Source: Nemertoderma westbladi (lineage: Eukaryota; Animalia; Xenacoelomorpha). Taken from it: 64,000 bases of DNA. The notes under the pieces are model-generated. The model was not told where the DNA came from. It saw nothing but the letters and a program-made list of their open reading frames with translations, and did no database searches. The stretch covers positions 42,416 through 106,415 of the forward strand of contig JAUCBJ010007336.1 in the NCBI GenBank assembly GCA_032718475.1, in the 5' to 3' direction. The first letter of the stretch is position 1. Every line of letters starts with the position of its first letter. The position numbers were made by a program, and so were the translations under genes. This document shows positions 1 to 11,880 of this stretch, in pieces.

Positions 1-1004
<1,004 letters not shown>

Positions 1005-2056
1005 TAATTTAGCTCAAAGAGATGTTTACAAAACCAAAACCAAGCTGACACCAAACAATAATTAATACATTACGAAGCACAAAAAACAATAAAGAGACAA
1101 AAAAAACACTGCAACGAGCAAGCATTGAGCACAAAATACAATTAAATAGATTTAGCTGTTCAAAATAGCTTATGTCATTGATACCTAAATGATAATATAT
1201 TAATTGGAACAAAAAAACACAATATTAAGTCAATTTAGCAGCTTCACAAGAAATATAACCAAGTAAAAAAATATCCCTAAAAACGTGATTGTTTTTCTAA
1301 TCCTTGTAAGTTACCAATAATAACAAAAATACATTTTTTAATATTGAACAGATAACACAATTAATACAACGAACCTCACATACATTTAGCAACACCAATA
1401 ATAAGTACAATAATAATGGAGTTTTATATCAATTTAAAAACAACACAATTCAATATACCCATACCGTAACACCTGTAAAATAAAACGACCAACAATTATT
1501 ACACCGGAGGTATTTATTTGCCGCAAATATTAACGGCAACGGGAAATAAACTAAGCAAAAATAATATTTAACTGAAAATAAAATAATAAATAATTTAAAT
1601 TGGTTGTAAACTGAAGTTACCAATTGTTATTACATAAAGATCTGGTGGATATTCTAGAATTTCTGTTGTGAAAAATACAGGCGGGCAAATAAATAGATGA
1701 TGGATATTAAATTAATTATTAATAAATATCCTGTAGAAAGAAAATAAATAAAAAAAAAGAATATAAATTTATATTTGTTTTACAGGTTTAACTAATTAAC
1801 TAACTCTTGGTCAATAAGTCGTTACAATATATATATTTTTTAACAACACAATCTGCCACCAAACATACTGAAAGTGAAAGTAATTTAGAAGTTTTAAGGT
1901 GGGAAATCTTCGTTGGCATTTGTAGGTGGAGGATGTCTGGCCTTATAAATTATTTATGTAAATATTTACAGATTAACCGGAAGTAGTTTAATTATTACCT
2001 GTTAGTATGAAGTTCAATCGAACTGGAATGTTTCAACGATTGGGGTATCCTACTTG

Positions 2057-3716
2057 GGAAGGGAGGTGCCGGTATTGGAAGGGAGGTGCCGGTATTGGAA
2101 GGGTGGTGTCGGTATTGGAAGGGATGTGTCGGTATTGGAAGGGAGGTGCCGGTATTAGAAGGGAGGTGTCGGTATTGGAAGGGAGGTGTCGGTATTGGAA
2201 GGGAGGTGCCGGTATTGGAAGGGAGGTGCCGGTATTAGAAGGGAGGTGTCGGTATTGGAAGGGAGGTGTCGGTATTGGAAGGGAGGTGCCGGTATTGGAA
2301 GGGAGGTGCCGGTATTGGAAGGGATGTGTCGGTATTGGAAGGGAGGTGCCGGTATTGGAAGGGAGGTGCCGGTATTGGAAGGGGGGTGCCGGTATTGGAA
2401 GGGAGGTGTCGGTATTGGAAGGGAGGTGCCGCTATTGGAAGGGAGGTGCCGGTATTGGAAGGGAGGTGCCGGTATTAGAAGGGAGGTGTCGGTATTGGAA
2501 GGGAGGTGTCGGTATTGGAAGGGAGGTGCCGGTATTGGAAGGGAGGTGCCGGTATTGGAAGGGAGGTGCCGGTATTGGAAGGGAGGTGCCGGTATTAGAA
2601 GGGAGGTGCCGGTATTGGAAGGGAGGTGCCGGTATTGGAAGGGGGGTGCCGGTATTGGAAGGGAGGTGTCGGTATTGGAAGGGAGGTGCCGCTATTGGAA
2701 GGGAGGTGCCGGTATTAGAAGGGAGGTGCCGGTATTGGAAGGGAGGTGCCGGTATTGGAAGGGAGGTGCCGGTATTAGAAGGGAGGTGCCGGTATTGGAA
2801 GGGAGGTGCCGGTATTGGAAGGGAGGTGCCGGTATTAGAAGGGAGGTGCCGGTATTGGAAGGGAGGTGCCGGTATTGGAAGGGAGGTGCCGGTATTGGAA
2901 GGGAGGTGCCGGTATTAGAAGGGAGGTGCCGGTATTAGAAGGGAGGTGCCGGTATTGGAAGGGAGGTGCCGGTATTGGAAGGGAGGTGCCGGTATTAGAA
3001 GGGAGGTGTCGGTATTGGAAGGGAGGTGTCGGTATTGGAAGGGAGGTGCCGGTATTGGAAGGGAGGTGCCGGTATTGGAAGGGAGGTGCCGGTATTGGAA
3101 GGGAGGTGCCGGTATTAGAAGGGAGGTGCCGGTATTGGAAGGGAGGTGCCGGTATTGGAAGGGGGGTGCCGGTATTGGAAGGGAGGTGTCGGTATTGGAA
3201 GGGAGGTGCCGCTATTGGAAGGGAGGTGCCGGTATTAGAAGGGAGGTGCCGGTATTGGAAGGGAGGTGCCGGTATTAGAAGGGAGGTGCCGGTATTAGAA
3301 GGGAGGTGCCGGTATTAGAAGGGAGGTGCCGGTATTGGAAGGGAGGTGCCGGTATTGGAAGGGAGGTGCCGGTATTGGAAGGGAGGTGCCGCTATTGGAA
3401 GGGAGGTGCCGGTATTCGAAGGAAGGTGCCGGTATTAGAAGGGAGGTGCCGGTATTGGAAGGGAGGTGCCGGTATTGGAAGGGAGGTGCCGGTATTGGAA
3501 GGGAGGTGCCGGTATTGGAAGGGAGGTGCCGGTATTGGAAGGGGGGTGCCGGTATTGGAAGGGATGTGCCGGTATTGGAAGGGAGGTGCCGGTATTGGAA
3601 GGGAGGTGCCGGTATTGGAAGGGAGGTGTCGGTATTGGAAGGGAGGTGCCGGTATTGGAAGGGAGGTGTCGGTATTGGAAGGGAGGTGTCGGTATTGGAA
3701 GGGAGGTGCCGGTATT
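2057..3716. repeat. 20-bp G-rich minisatellite (GGAAGGGAGGTGCCGGTATT)n, about 83 copies
   Basis: Phase-perfect 20-bp tandem array with only point variants. Confidence 0.98.
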
Positions 3717-4064
3717 TATTAACTAAAAATATAATTATAATCTAGTTAAATAGGTTCTGGATTTGGACTGGACAAAGTCCTGTTTATATTAAATATTTAG
3801 TTAAAGTATAATAAAATATTCTATAACTAAATTATTATTTTTATGGAAAACAACAATTATTATACCACTGAAATATTAATTATTTTTTGTGAATAAATTA
3901 TTGTAAATCGATTTATTTATATATTTTTTAATACGAAAATATTTATAAGTTTTATTATATTATTTGGCTTAGTTTCCCGGGAAATAATATTATATACCCG
4001 GATTATCGAATCAAAACAAACAACTATAATATTGGCACCGAATTAAACCGCTAAACAATTGGAA

Positions 4065-5519
4065 TCAAAAGAACTTTTTATTAGAAATATCTTTGCTGGT
4101 TTTATAGACGTAGAAAGCGATAAAACCGGAGAGTTGGAGGACGATGAAAAGGATGAAATAAAACTGAGACAGACAGTCGGGAGGGTCTGAGACCGGGCAG
4201 CGAGGGGCCGGCTTGTTAACCAGTCTGGAGACCTCCTGTCTCAGTTGCGAGATCCAATCCCTGAGCTCGGCGTCCGGAGCCGTCCCGGACGCCGGACGCT
4301 CGGTGACCGAACGCTGTTGGACGTCCCGGATGTTATTGGATTTCGTTTGGACGTCCAGAACGACGGATCTAATCTCCTTGACCCACTGGACCAGGTCGTT
4401 CTGATTACGGAGCACCGCCTCCACCTCGTGGCGTTGTATCCCGGACACACCGCCGGACACCTCCAGTAACCGAGCCTGCTGCCCCCGGATGGCGTCCAGC
4501 TTCTCTCCGACCTCGGAAATCGACCCGAACAACCGCGATTGCCCGTTAAAGATCTGACCGAGTTGCCTCTCCGTCCGATCTTCGAACTCTCCTTCATCTT
4601 CCCGGAAACGTTCCGGATTTTTCTCTCGGAATTCGTCTTTCTGTTTCTGCAACTTCTCTTGGTAACCTTCGAATTCCTCCTGGTATTTTTTCTCTTCGCG
4701 CTCTGTAATATCTTCGGATCCTTTATTAGGAGGTTTATAATCCGCGGATTTAATTAAACTCGTCGTTAAGAATGAGAAAACATCGTGATCGTCTGCTAAA
4801 CCGCCGGTAGCCGCGGAAATACCGAAATATCCGTCGCTCGGAAGTTGGACTTCCTTTACTCGGAAGCACAACTCCCAATGCGGGGGCCCGTCGGACAACC
4901 CGTTGTGGGACCAAACCGAAAGGAAGTTGTCGAGGTACTCGACTCGGAGTTTAACCGGATACGGTTTGTTCCGGTAATCTACCGTGCAGGGCCCTCCTGT
5001 GAGGGAAGCGGAGCCGTCCGTAGCGGAATCGTATAGGCGCGTGCCGTCGTTAACGATCGCGAGAATACTGGGGTTGTTACCCCGGCGGTCGTTATCGTAC
5101 GAGTCCATAAAGACGGCGAGGCCGCGCCATTTATCGGAGGATCCGAATACAGGGCCTTCCGTTCCCGGGGACGCGGTGTACCACAGCGCGAGTCCATCCG
5201 CCCCGATCCGCCCCCGGCCGCTCACCCGGAAGGCGAGTTCAACCTCCCACCACGCGGATATATTGTAGGGGTTTTTGTTCCAGACGAATCCGCGCTGTGA
5301 GCGCAGACTCGGGGCCACACGTATGGATTCCGAGGTGGGTATCGCGTGGCCCCCGTGCGTCCAGAAAGGAATTTTATTGTCTTTTAGGATCAGGTTGGGG
5401 CCCTTAAAGCTGAATTTGTATTCGAAACGTCTGTGAACGTCCTGAACATTGACAGCGCTCAAGGCGGGGAATATTAAATTAATAAACGGCAGAAGATAAA
5501 TAAAAGAAGGTAGATACAT
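4065..5519 (-). CDS. LMAN1: ERGIC-53 / LMAN1 L-type lectin cargo receptor, single exon (about 484 aa from ATG 5519)
   Basis: Signal peptide; HRRFEYKFSFKGP, GRGRIGADGLALWY and GYFGISAATGGLADDHDV lectin motifs; coiled-coil stalk; two juxtamembrane Cys; TM helix; C-terminal KKFF. The ORF track starts at an upstream TTG (5540). Confidence 0.96.
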   Translation of the reverse strand: MYLPSFIYLLPFINLIFPALSAVNVQDVHRRFEYKFSFKGPNLILKDNKIPFWTHGGHAIPTSESIRVAPSLRSQRGFVWNKNPYNISAWWEVELAFRVSGRGRIGADGLALWYTASPGTEGPVFGSSDKWRGLAVFMDSYDNDRRGNNPSILAIVNDGTRLYDSATDGSASLTGGPCTVDYRNKPYPVKLRVEYLDNFLSVWSHNGLSDGPPHWELCFRVKEVQLPSDGYFGISAATGGLADDHDVFSFLTTSLIKSADYKPPNKGSEDITEREEKKYQEEFEGYQEKLQKQKDEFREKNPERFREDEGEFEDRTERQLGQIFNGQSRLFGSISEVGEKLDAIRGQQARLLEVSGGVSGIQRHEVEAVLRNQNDLVQWVKEIRSVVLDVQTKSNNIRDVQQRSVTERPASGTAPDAELRDWISQLRQEVSRLVNKPAPRCPVSDPPDCLSQFYFILFIVLQLSGFIAFYVYKTSKDISNKKFF

Positions 5520-5793
5520 CGCGTAACTCAGTATTTCCAATTTCTGTAGGCCTATACCAGTACCGGTATACTGCTACAGTGCTCTATCAGTCTATGCCTG
5601 TATGCTGCTGTGTGCTGGTATGTAGGCCTACACAGCTACAGTCTTACCGTACCGGTACGTGTCTGAAGTCTGGCAGTCAGGTTTTAGGCCTGTCTGCCTG
5701 TACAGCAGTAGGCAGGGAAGAGGGGACTGCTGGCAGCTAGAGCAATACTGCAATAGGCAAGTTGAGTTGAGTGTTGAGTCTGCTCTTCTCAGC

Positions 5794-8700
5794 CATGGCC
5801 TACTATATTATACGGCCTGATAGGTCACCTTATCAGCTCGCCTCAACAATCAAGGCCATTGTGTTAGTCTGTTATTTACTCTTTTAGAGACGCTATAAAT
5901 AATGTTTAAATTCAAAGATGTAGAGAATAATCGATGTAGGTCTACAATGTAGATCAATGTGGAAATAATATTTTTTTTTCTTATTTATAACTAATATATT
6001 ATAGATAGATATAATATAAAAAGGTAATGAATTTCGCTTTAAGTATAGGAAAAGTGATGAGATTCAAAGTTATGTTGTCAAAACTATATATCTCATTGTG
6101 TATAACGTAGTACTTGTATCTCAAACAAGTCCCAGCTGTAAATATTTACATGAACGAGCGAAGCGAGTGAAATATTGAAACGAAGGATGGAAGTGAGATA
6201 AGGATTAAGGTAAATTAGCTGCAATAATAAATATGTTAATACGTAGTAACTCAATAATTCATTTAATCACAATTTAATTACTTATCCTTTAATAGCTGTC
6301 TTTCCTTAAAACTTCTGATACTATCTACGCGCCTTTCGTCAGTTTTGTCGCGCTGTGTATTGTTGAAAAAAATATTAACAATAGTGCGGTGCAATATGTC
6401 TACTAGATGATTATGGTTATCACAAAAAGAAATATCTTCAGAGTGGTATAGACCATAAGTCTTTAAAAAATGTAATGCTAACTTTCGTGCAGGAACTTTA
6501 GAACTATAAAATAAAGTTTCTACACATTCCAGCCTAATAAAGCAGCTGGCTATGCTATTAGTGAACTCATCACTCGGAACTTTAAGTCCACTTCGGTTGA
6601 GGATATTAATATATTCGTTCGACTCACTAGAAATAGAATCTTCAACTTCTACCATAACTAAAGTGGGGCAGTACTTGCAGGATTTGAACTCCTTAGAATC
6701 CTTACTATGCAGTTTTCTAATTAAATAACCAGCAATGTATCTTACAACTTCTAGACTTTCACCTTGAATTTGCGATTCTAGAATAGAGTTTTCTAAGCAG
6801 CGTACAGCAATGTCAAATTCATGAAATGATTCAACTTCCTTGCGGGCATCAGGCTTTATAGAATCCTCAGCCCAGAAATCGATTTCGCTATGCAAGAGAG
6901 TACGTAAACGGGAAATACGTTCAGAATTGTTTACCTCGAGTAAAGAAACCAAAAAACGCCCGCCGCTCATTTGTCTATATTGTGAATATCTCAATTCGAG
7001 AGGGTCCGAACTTAGTCTAGATGTTAACACATACTGAAATCCTTCAGCCAATAAATCATCAATCAAATCTGCTGAGCCACGTAGCGTTTGAATGAAGGCA
7101 TCTCCCGTCTGTGGTGTTAATGTGTTCCCACGCCAGCTATCGTACGTATTACCCAATTGCCAAGTACTAATCCAGTCTGCCAAAACGCGAAAAAACGTAG
7201 TTTTGTTATCACCCTGTTCAACTGCATTTCCGAGATAATTGTTGGGATGGTATCTTTGTTTGGAATTGCTAATGATCCACCAGTTATGAATAAGCGATAA
7301 AAACTTAGCTGAGGAAATTCGGTTGGGAAAATATCTCAACATAGCGACTGTAGTCTGCTCATCGAAAATAGCCAATGCCAGCGGTACTGACTGTTTATTG
7401 TTGCCTGGGTGGATTGCTCTGTATGTTAACTTGGGGGCCATGTGCAAATGGGAATCTAGCTGATCTTTATCGTGCAAGTCAAAGAGATCTTTCCACCGAC
7501 ATTGACCCTTAGGCAAAGATATGATATCTTTAAAAGCATTAAAACAAAATGCTGGAAAATAAAATACTTTCCCATTTAGAAGACTGTTTCGTAAATTCTT
7601 TAATAAATGCACGTTATCGTAGAGTAAGTAAACCTTGAATCCACTGAAAGTTATTACACGGTTCATTAAGTTGTCAAGTGGATAACTTCGATGACATTCT
7701 AGTGGGGGATACTTTTTAAATAGGTTTGCAAACATGGAGACATTAACCGACAGATTATCGGTTATTATAGCACGTACCTTTAGACCAATGTCTAGACATT
7801 GTTGAAGAACAGAAACGGTTTCATCGGTTTGCCAACTAGATCTGAGGCTTACTATAGGTACTGAATGGACAATGTAAGAAACTCCTTTCATCAGACTAAC
7901 GACCATAAAACAAACAATCTCTGTGTATAAAACTCCTTTACTATTCATTCCTATAAGTTCGCCTTGGCTGTAAGTTACGGCTTTCTCTAATTTCATTCCA
8001 TCTATTAATAATACAACATCCTTATCTATAGTCCCTTTTTCGATCAAAGCCGAAAGAGCTCGTAAGGCATCCACACCACCAGATTGGAGTTTATTTAATA
8101 CCGATATTGAAGGCAATTTTACCTCCTTTAGTAATAATCGATAAGATTGAGCTGATGTGTAACGCATCATAAGAGCGAAACGGATAACGTTATGAGAATA
8201 AGGTGGTCTGCCGTATTTATCATAATGTTGCACTTTCAATACCTCTTCAAAAATATGCGAACGATTCAAGTTTCCAATGTTGCGCAAATAGGTGACAAAG
8301 TTTTCAATTTGCGTCAAATTGGTCAACTTCGCAGAGGAAGATTTCGTAAACCAAAGTGGCAATGGAACTGGTCGCTGAGCATAATCAAGTTTTACATGCA
8401 GATCGGGCGTTATTTTAATAACCTCCCAGAGTTTAGGCATCCCACGCTCGCCATCTATTTCCAACCGATAAAGAAGTAATCTATCCTCATTTTTGTCAAA
8501 CGTATAACCAGAAGGACAGCAATTGATGGTTAGGTCTGCGAAAGTTGAGACTTTATACCGGCTATTGAATTCCTTTATTTCGTCGGGTTGGTAAACTCTA
8601 GGCGTTGGCTCCTTCCGTGGCTGTTTAACAGTAGGTGTTAAAGAATCTGGTGTTCCTGGAGTCGCGATATTTGGTACTGGCGAAAGAGACCAGTCTAAAG

Positions 8701-9155
8701 CAACATTTCCAGCTGGTGTTATCTTAAGGAATTGCTGTTCAAAGTGATCACTGCAGATTCGCGAATGAGTTGACACCGAAAAATCTTGCCTGTTCACGAA
8801 TTTAACCCATCGCTGTTTTAAATCCTCATTGCTGGGGAACATAAAGCTTGGCTTCCGAGGCTGACCTTTATACCCGGTTTTACAATTATATATACAGCAT
8901 TTATTAACCATACTGAGCATTGAATTTACTGACAAAACATTTAGCAGTTTAGTCTAGGCTACTGTTGTGCGTTGTATTTGGTATTACTGTATTACTGTCT
9001 GCCTGTACCGGTAGGCCTACCCTGTACCGCATCCAGCATGGCATGAGTCAGTCAGACAGACAACAGGTAACACAATCCAAATTCTAAAACTAATGGCCTT
9101 GATTTTCGAGGCCTGATAAGGTGACCTATCAGGCCGTATAATATAGTAGGCCATG
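5794..9155 (-). mobile_element. Full-length P-superfamily DNA transposon
   Basis: 43-bp perfect TIRs CATGGCCTACTATATTATACGGCCTGATAGGTCACCTTATCAG (5794-5836 / 9113-9155), imperfectly extending to about 65 bp; 7-bp TSD TCTCAGC (5787-5793 / 9156-9162). Confidence 0.95.
6278..8911 (-). CDS. THAP-domain P-element-type transposase, uninterrupted
   Basis: N-terminal THAP (CCIYNC...W...CSDHF); RNase H-fold motifs LLIDGM, IITDN, YDNVHLLKNLRN, SSDPLELRYSQYRQMSGG; likely ATG at 8911 or 8920. Confidence 0.92.
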   Translation of the reverse strand: MVNKCCIYNCKTGYKGQPRKPSFMFPSNEDLKQRWVKFVNRQDFSVSTHSRICSDHFEQQFLKITPAGNVALDWSLSPVPNIATPGTPDSLTPTVKQPRKEPTPRVYQPDEIKEFNSRYKVSTFADLTINCCPSGYTFDKNEDRLLLYRLEIDGERGMPKLWEVIKITPDLHVKLDYAQRPVPLPLWFTKSSSAKLTNLTQIENFVTYLRNIGNLNRSHIFEEVLKVQHYDKYGRPPYSHNVIRFALMMRYTSAQSYRLLLKEVKLPSISVLNKLQSGGVDALRALSALIEKGTIDKDVVLLIDGMKLEKAVTYSQGELIGMNSKGVLYTEIVCFMVVSLMKGVSYIVHSVPIVSLRSSWQTDETVSVLQQCLDIGLKVRAIITDNLSVNVSMFANLFKKYPPLECHRSYPLDNLMNRVITFSGFKVYLLYDNVHLLKNLRNSLLNGKVFYFPAFCFNAFKDIISLPKGQCRWKDLFDLHDKDQLDSHLHMAPKLTYRAIHPGNNKQSVPLALAIFDEQTTVAMLRYFPNRISSAKFLSLIHNWWIISNSKQRYHPNNYLGNAVEQGDNKTTFFRVLADWISTWQLGNTYDSWRGNTLTPQTGDAFIQTLRGSADLIDDLLAEGFQYVLTSRLSSDPLELRYSQYRQMSGGRFLVSLLEVNNSERISRLRTLLHSEIDFWAEDSIKPDARKEVESFHEFDIAVRCLENSILESQIQGESLEVVRYIAGYLIRKLHSKDSKEFKSCKYCPTLVMVEVEDSISSESNEYINILNRSGLKVPSDEFTNSIASCFIRLECVETLFYSSKVPARKLALHFLKTYGLYHSEDISFCDNHNHLVDILHRTIVNIFFNNTQRDKTDERRVDSIRSFKERQLLKDK

Positions 9156-9739
9156 TCTCAGCTTCTGAAATACTCCAGACTGTCAGACTCACTGACTGTC
9201 AACTGTAGTTTGGCTGGTTGGTAGTACCGGAGGTTACAGGGTTACTGTGGTACGGTCAAGTCCTACTACCAGACTACAGTCAGACAGTACGAGGTACAAT
9301 TATATGTCAGATGCCGTCCGATCCGATCCGATCCGATGCAATTCAGCAATTATTCTAGCTACAACTGTCAGACTGCAGACTGTACAAGCCTAGCTGCTTA
9401 GGCCTACTTCTGTTTTGCCTATCACAGTTTCTCTAACGCAATATCCCTTTAATTGAATATCAGAATATTCCACCTATCTTTGCCGTGTTTTATTTAATTA
9501 ATATAGGGCATAATAAATTAGTAGAGGAGCTAGATCTGAAAACTGATTATACCGCGGTTATACGGCGCCTACACTTTTCTTTACTGCAATGAAAGCCGGT
9601 GTATAGCTGTATAGTACCCGGCTGCGTGGGGTTCCAGGACGAAGGTCAGAAAAAAAGCACTACTGTATGGCCACTTTTCGACCGTCGACACAAAGCCGCT
9701 GCGAAGTTATTATGGGACAGGATGGTGATGCTCGGTAGA

Positions 9740-9840
9740 CAGTGGCGGTTCTAGGGGGGGGGGGGGGGGGGGGGCAAGGGGGCATCTGCCCCTCCCCAGG
9801 TATCTTGGGGGGGGGGGGGCTTGCCCCCTCCCTACTGCCC
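9740..9840 (+). mobile_element. Single hAT-like MITE terminus
   Basis: CAGTGGCGGTTCTAG followed by GGGGGC...GCCCC hairpins typical of hAT MITE ends; partner end not found. Confidence 0.4.
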
Positions 9841-10917
9841 TAACGAAAGGTAATGTGGTAAATCCGTACCAGTGCACAACTGCCCACATTGCACATGTGA
9901 AGGTGTCACAGGTGAGAAGGTAGATGTCTCCTGCGATTGGTCCATGGTATGGTCACTGGAAATATCTCCATTGCCACCATTGGTAAGTTCAGTGGCTTGG
10001 TGGTTTAAGGCATGTGCAAGTAAATTTAAGCAGTAAATTTCTTAATACAGTAATATAATATAATTTTGCAATTAAAATAGTCTTAAAATATTCATTTAAT
10101 TACTTCAATATTTTCCACTACCACACATGTTATGAAAGTTTGTGCGGCTAAAATATAAAAGTATATTTAGTATATTTTAGTATTAAAGTATATTTATTGC
10201 CTCTTAAATAATTAAATATAAGATAATTATTTTATTGCGCAGAACACCACCTCCAAACCGAAACCTAACTAACCAAAACAATAAACGATATCATTACAAA
10301 TTAATGGAAAGGAGTGCCACACACGTCGCGTCTCTCCTCCACATCTTTGGAACGATACTGGTTACAATCTGTCAGTTTAGTTTAATACCTGGAGTATACT
10401 ACCCCCCCCCCCCCCCCCCCCCCCATAGAGTTTCGTGGAGCTATACTTACCATGGAGCTATAGAGTTTCGATAAAGCTGTAAAGTTTCCCCCAGGATAAT
10501 AATAATAATTTTATAAAGGCTTTATTTAATTAACCTAATCTTACTTAAAAATCATGACAACTAAATTATTGTTTACAAATACATTTCAACGGATACAATA
10601 AATTTGTTAAATACACCCTAATTATATTGACGCAAAGGAACAACAGATATCAAGAGAGAGACTTTCAGTCTGGATTTCCGCATAGAAAAATAGTTTTACA
10701 ATAATTAGTATTAATTATTATGGGTAGAATGTATTCGAATATTTCAAGTGATTATTTCGATGAAACGTTGCAAATTATGACTACAACACTGTTGATAACG
10801 GTTATAAGATAAGGTCTCTATACCATGTTATGTAGCAATCATAATAATAATCAGATTACACATCTTTACTTTAGGAAACATAAATAGGTATAAGACCGTA
10901 CACAACTGTTACATAAT

Positions 10918-11050
10918 AGGTACAAAATGTACGCAACTTGGTACATAGTAGGTGCAAAAGGTACACAACTTGGTACAATAGGTACAAAAGGTACACAACT
11001 TGGTACAATAGGTACAAAAGGTCCGCAACTTGGTACATTGTAGGTACAAA
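10918..11050. repeat. About 30-bp tandem repeat (AGGTACAAAAGGTACACAACTTGGTACAAT), about 4 copies
   Basis: Visible tandem units at the 3' end of the DDX1 fragment. Confidence 0.85.
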
Positions 11051-11880
11051 ACGGCGCCCGGGATACAATGGTGTACCCGGAAAGAAGATGCGCAGATAAA
11101 CGGATAAATTCGGCGAAAATAAACATAATATCAGCATTCTTTAAAGATACCGACAGACTGCGGGAATACAGGAATAACGGGAGTTTGCGTAAATTAGCGG
11201 GAATCTCGAAAGCTTTCCCGAGATCACTTCCGTTTTTACTGTACCGGTACCCAATTGTGCCCACATCCAGATCGATCCGATAACCGATCACGTCGCCTAG
11301 TCCGTATGGTTGTCCATAGTCGTCAAAACGCCGCCCGAAACACTTCTTACAGTTTCCTCCGAAGCCAAAACTATGGTGCTCCAACCAACCCGGCATGGGC
11401 CCTCGCACCTCGTCCTTTACCGTCGCCTCGTAACAGCTGAATAGTAACGACCGGATCCGACTATTCCTTTAGTCGTCCGGGTACCGTGCCAACTCCTCTG
11501 GTCAAGCGCATGACACAGCAACCGTCCGCGGAGATCTGGAGATGGCCAACCACCAACTGGTCACCTCCATCGCTCTATCGAATGACTGAATGAGTTCAAC
11601 TGAAATTTCGTAGGCCTAGTTCTTCCCCCCGATTTCCCATCGAGTTTTCCATCTCGGAGTTTGTACCGTAGAGTTTCATGGACCAGCTGTAGTATCGGGA
11701 TCCAGAATGCCCCGGTCTTCCCGCTTCCGCCGCCATCAGCACAGTCTCCACCGCCCAGGCAGCCAGGACAGCAGGATCAGAGCTGCAGAGGGACAGCCTC
11801 ACCCTGCAAGTTGGTCGGTAGGACATCCAGGACATCCAACGCGCGTCCGATTTCATTCTGAACACCACAGTCAGCTACAG
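11050..11880 (-). pseudogene. DDX1: Intronless degenerate fragment of DEAD-box helicase DDX1 (Q motif/motif I plus SPRY insertion)
   Basis: Across frameshifts: [108 protein letters not shown]. SPRY directly after motif I is diagnostic of DDX1. Confidence 0.9.

Noticed and set aside
2057-3716. CRISPR-like array
   Set aside because: No unique spacers, no cas genes, eukaryotic context
6278-8935. Domesticated THAP9 gene
   Set aside because: Intact TIRs and TSD indicate a transposon
10443-10455. U1 snRNA-like start ATACTTACC
   Set aside because: Downstream sequence does not continue as U1
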